This document shows positions 46,912-49,599 of a stretch of 49,599 nt of DNA, piece after piece (position 1 is the stretch's first letter; every line of letters begins with the position of its first letter). The position numbers and the translations under genes are program-made. Source of the stretch: Syntrophomonadaceae bacterium (lineage in GTDB: Bacteria; Bacillota; Syntrophomonadia; Syntrophomonadales; Syntrophomonadaceae); assembly GCA_028698695.1 (NCBI GenBank), contig JAQVWB010000001.1, forward strand, positions 1 through 49,599. Direction: 5' to 3'. The notes beneath the pieces are model-generated. The model worked only from the letters and a program-made list of their open reading frames with translations, searched no databases and was not told the DNA's origin.

Positions 46912-48180
46912 ATGAATAAAACTGTTTATGTTCTGGGATTGGGACATATAGGTTTACCAATTGCCGCCTGGATTGCATTGTCTGGGTATCAGGTAGTTGG
47001 AATTGATATTGATAGAAATAAACTGAATGATATTCGCCATAATCGGGTGAAGATTCACGAGCATTTTAATGGTATGCACTTATCTCAACTGGTTTATGAG
47101 CTGGTTGGCAACCAACAGATAATAATTTCTGACCACCTGTCCCGACTGGATAAAAAACCGGCAATTTTTATTATAACTGTGGGCATAAATCCAATTGAAA
47201 ACGGAGAGCATGATTTGAGTTCACTGCAATCAAGTTTGGATATGCTCATTCCTTTACTGAAAGAGGGCGATTTAGTAATCTTTAAAACCACCATGATTCC
47301 AGGAACCTGTGAGGACTATATTGCCCCTCAACTAATCGGCAGGAATATTATGCTGGCTTATTGTCCGGAGACGATAGCTGAAACCAGGGCTTTTATAGAG
47401 TTAAATGCAAATCCGCGCATTCTAGCGGCGCTTGACGAAAAAAGCTGGCAGGCGGCAGCCGGTTTTTATCGTAGTTTATCGCCTGCTCCCATAATAGCAG
47501 CTTCCAGCTTTCGTATAGCAGAGTTAGCAAAAGTGGTTCAAAATGTTATTCGGGATGTAAATGTTGCTCTGGCCAATGAGCTGGCTGAGCTGGCAGAATT
47601 ACTGAATGTTGACAATCAGGAACTGAGAGAATTGGTAAATGTGCATCCCCGCGTGGAACTATTGCAATCGGGTCCCGGGGTGGGAGGTTACTGTCTGCCT
47701 AATGCCTTGGGTTACCTGCAAGCCAGTATCAAAGAAACGGACACCTTTAAGCTGGAATTATCTGAACTGGCACGGAAAATCAACCAAACCAGGCCAGGCA
47801 AAGTTGTGCAGGTTCTTCGGCAGGCACTGGCTGAGAATGGTAAACAAATGGAAAACGCTACTGTTGCCATACTGGGATTAGGCATGAAAGATTACTGTGC
47901 AGATACCAGGTTGAGTCCGGCTTTGGCAATAATTAATCTGTTGACAGACAACGGTGTTCGCATAAAAGCATATGACCCTCTGATAGAATGTTGTGAGTAC
48001 CAGGTGCAATCTTTACCCTATTGTCTGGATGGCGCTGATGCGGTAATCATTTGTGCCCTGCAGGAAGGCATGAAAGCAAGTCTGCAGGAAATGGCCTATT
48101 ATTTAAGCCCGCCACTTATTATTATTGATACCCGTGATTCCGTAGAAACATGGGAAGGGATACTATTATACCGGGTGTAG
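46912..48180 (+). CDS. nucleotide-sugar dehydrogenase (UDP-glucose/GDP-mannose dehydrogenase family)
   Basis: N-terminal Rossmann fold VYVLGLGHIGLPIAAWIA and a catalytic-Cys context GVGGYCLP. 422 aa with RBS GAGGAGG. Confidence 0.8.
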   Translation: MNKTVYVLGLGHIGLPIAAWIALSGYQVVGIDIDRNKLNDIRHNRVKIHEHFNGMHLSQLVYELVGNQQIIISDHLSRLDKKPAIFIITVGINPIENGEHDLSSLQSSLDMLIPLLKEGDLVIFKTTMIPGTCEDYIAPQLIGRNIMLAYCPETIAETRAFIELNANPRILAALDEKSWQAAAGFYRSLSPAPIIAASSFRIAELAKVVQNVIRDVNVALANELAELAELLNVDNQELRELVNVHPRVELLQSGPGVGGYCLPNALGYLQASIKETDTFKLELSELARKINQTRPGKVVQVLRQALAENGKQMENATVAILGLGMKDYCADTRLSPALAIINLLTDNGVRIKAYDPLIECCEYQVQSLPYCLDGADAVIICALQEGMKASLQEMAYYLSPPLIIIDTRDSVETWEGILLYRV

Positions 48181-48607
48181 GTAAGTCAGAAAGGAGTCAG
48201 CTAACTACCATAAATAATCTGTCTCCAAATTAATCAACAAAAACCGTGTTTATATACGTCAATCAGCGTAATCCATGTCCATTCAAACTCCAAAATCATC
48301 TGCATCTGCAACAAGCTACTCCGGCTGGTCAGGCTTGACTAATATCTGAACCTGACTATACTTTTACAAAGAAGGCAGACATGTTTGTTAATTAAGCGAT
48401 TATATTGTATGGGATTATTTATCTGGCGACAACTTCCCGAAAATTAAAGGAAAAATCGTGATTATATCGAATGTTTAGATTGATAAAAACTTTATATATT
48501 CAAATAATTATATAAAGAATTAATAAAATAATGTTATTGGAAATATAACATAAGGCTATAATTCACAATAAATTGCACGAATGTGATTTGTACAAGGGTG
48601 GTAAAAA

Positions 48608-49599
48608 ATGAAAATCGGTATTCTTAACACTGGCGTTAGACATGAAATCGTTGATTTTGCAACTGGAGAAACCAATAACAATATAGATATGCCCAAGCTT
48701 TCCAAAGTACAGCAGATTCTTGACTTATACCCTTATCCAGGTGATCTGGAAATGGATAGTATTGACTGGGTTACTGATACAGCTCTGGCAGTAGAAAACT
48801 TCTACAAACCGGATTTCATGTTTTTAAGCTATGCTACACCTTATTTTCTGGCCTTATTTCAGCCGGAACAGCAACTGGACTGGGATGCGATAAAGAAAAG
48901 ACTGTTTGCCCAAATAGAAAGATTTATCAGTGAAACCGGTTATACTCCAGTAATCCTTGGTACCGGTGGTACACAGCCTATTGAGGCTGAAGTGGATTTA
49001 ACCGGGTTGGAGGGAGTTGTAACCTGCAGTCGCATGGGACCGGTTTATGCCGGGTTGTACAACCCTACCCAAAGGGATCTGGAATATCTGGAACAGCTTG
49101 AAACTGTCCAGATGGTATTGCCGCAGGAAAGGCTTGTACATGTTTGGTCGGGTGGTTCTGACAGTAAAATCAGAATTCCGGATTATCTATTAGTGGCCTC
49201 CCGAGGGTATGTTTTTCGTTCCCTCGTAAATACAAAACGGGTTTTACACCGGGTTAACGCCCGCGATAATATTATCCCGGTTGAGTGCCCTGATCAGGTA
49301 AACAGTATCGGTGATATTGCTGCCATGGTTAAAAAGCGGTTAAGAAAAGAACGGGTGGCATTGATTATTGCCGAGGGCATAGATGTAGAAGATTTTTATT
49401 TCGCCTCCCATCAATGCAGTAATAATTATTCCTGGTATACTTATCTTCCCGGAGAAGGACAGTACCTGGTGACTGGCAGTGGCAAACACCTGCCCGAACA
49501 TCCTTATCCCCCCGGATATAGGTACTACGAAGACAATGAAGCCGGCAAAGCCTATCCATTTTCCGGTTATTATCATTTCCTGCCTGATGCCATGGTCGG
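48608..49599 (+). CDS. hypothetical protein (3' end beyond window)
   Basis: My own translation of frame 2 from ATG 48608 (RBS AGGGTGG) stays open for ~330 codons to the window edge (MKIGILNTGVRHEIVDF...YHFLPDAMV). It is absent from the ORF track, probably because it has no stop. No motif recognised. Confidence 0.6.
   Translation, partial: MKIGILNTGVRHEIVDFATGETNNNIDMPKLSKVQQILDLYPYPGDLEMDSIDWVTDTALAVENFYKPDFMFLSYATPYFLALFQPEQQLDWDAIKKRLFAQIERFISETGYTPVILGTGGTQPIEAEVDLTGLEGVVTCSRMGPVYAGLYNPTQRDLEYLEQLETVQMVLPQERLVHVWSGGSDSKIRIPDYLLVASRGYVFRSLVNTKRVLHRVNARDNIIPVECPDQVNSIGDIAAMVKKRLRKERVALIIAEGIDVEDFYFASHQCSNNYSWYTYLPGEGQYLVTGSGKHLPEHPYPPGYRYYEDNEAGKAYPFSGYYHFLPDAMV

Noticed and set aside
1-49599. 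CRISPR arrays, rRNA genes, insertion sequences, toxin-antitoxin or known defence-system genes
   Set aside because: Visual scanning of intergenic regions and ORF products found no regularly spaced repeats, no rRNA-like conserved blocks, no transposase or integrase motifs, and no small adjacent gene pairs with TA-like features.

Overview
This window looks like core chromosome of a moderately AT-rich, endospore-forming-type Firmicute (Clostridia-like). That placement is inferred from gene content and synteny only; no database search was possible. Two housekeeping blocks that are syntenic with Bacillus subtilis dominate. Block A (1-22.3 kb) holds an amino-acid ABC transporter, yqfC-yqfD, phoH, a 7TM-HD protein, ybeY, dgkA, cdd, era, deoC, an orphan gene, recO, a glycine T-box with glyQ-glyS, a ccpN-like gene, the PPDK regulator, ppdK, a dgt-like gene, dnaG and sigA. 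Block B (28.2-45.1 kb) holds ylxM-ffh-rpsP-khpA-rimM-trmD, a SPOUT-like gene, rplS, rbgA, a ~6 kb accessory insertion, rnhB, a FliK-like/FlhB-C-like pair, yraN, nfo and folD. Between the blocks lie four tRNA genes (Asn, CAT-anticodon, Glu, Val) embedded in a short repeat family. A small island of orphan genes (DNRLRE-like, a Cys/Pro-rich protein, and two membrane/secreted proteins) and a fatty-acyl-CoA ligase follow. The right end carries a thioesterase, an MBL-fold hydrolase, an isolated nucleotide-sugar dehydrogenase and an unrecognised ORF that runs off the window. I saw no CRISPR array, transposase, integrase, rRNA or recognisable defence system. The most unusual signal is a GC-rich ~260-nt element between rplS and rbgA. 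It has its own promoter, is non-coding and folds by hand into a nested rod; I could not assign it to any RNA family I know. Secondary curiosities are an in-frame TAA splitting the sporulation gene yqfD, the repeat family around the tRNAs, and the orphan island next to the tRNA cluster. All functional calls rest on motif recognition by eye and remembered family signatures; start codons were chosen from RBS spacing and are approximate.
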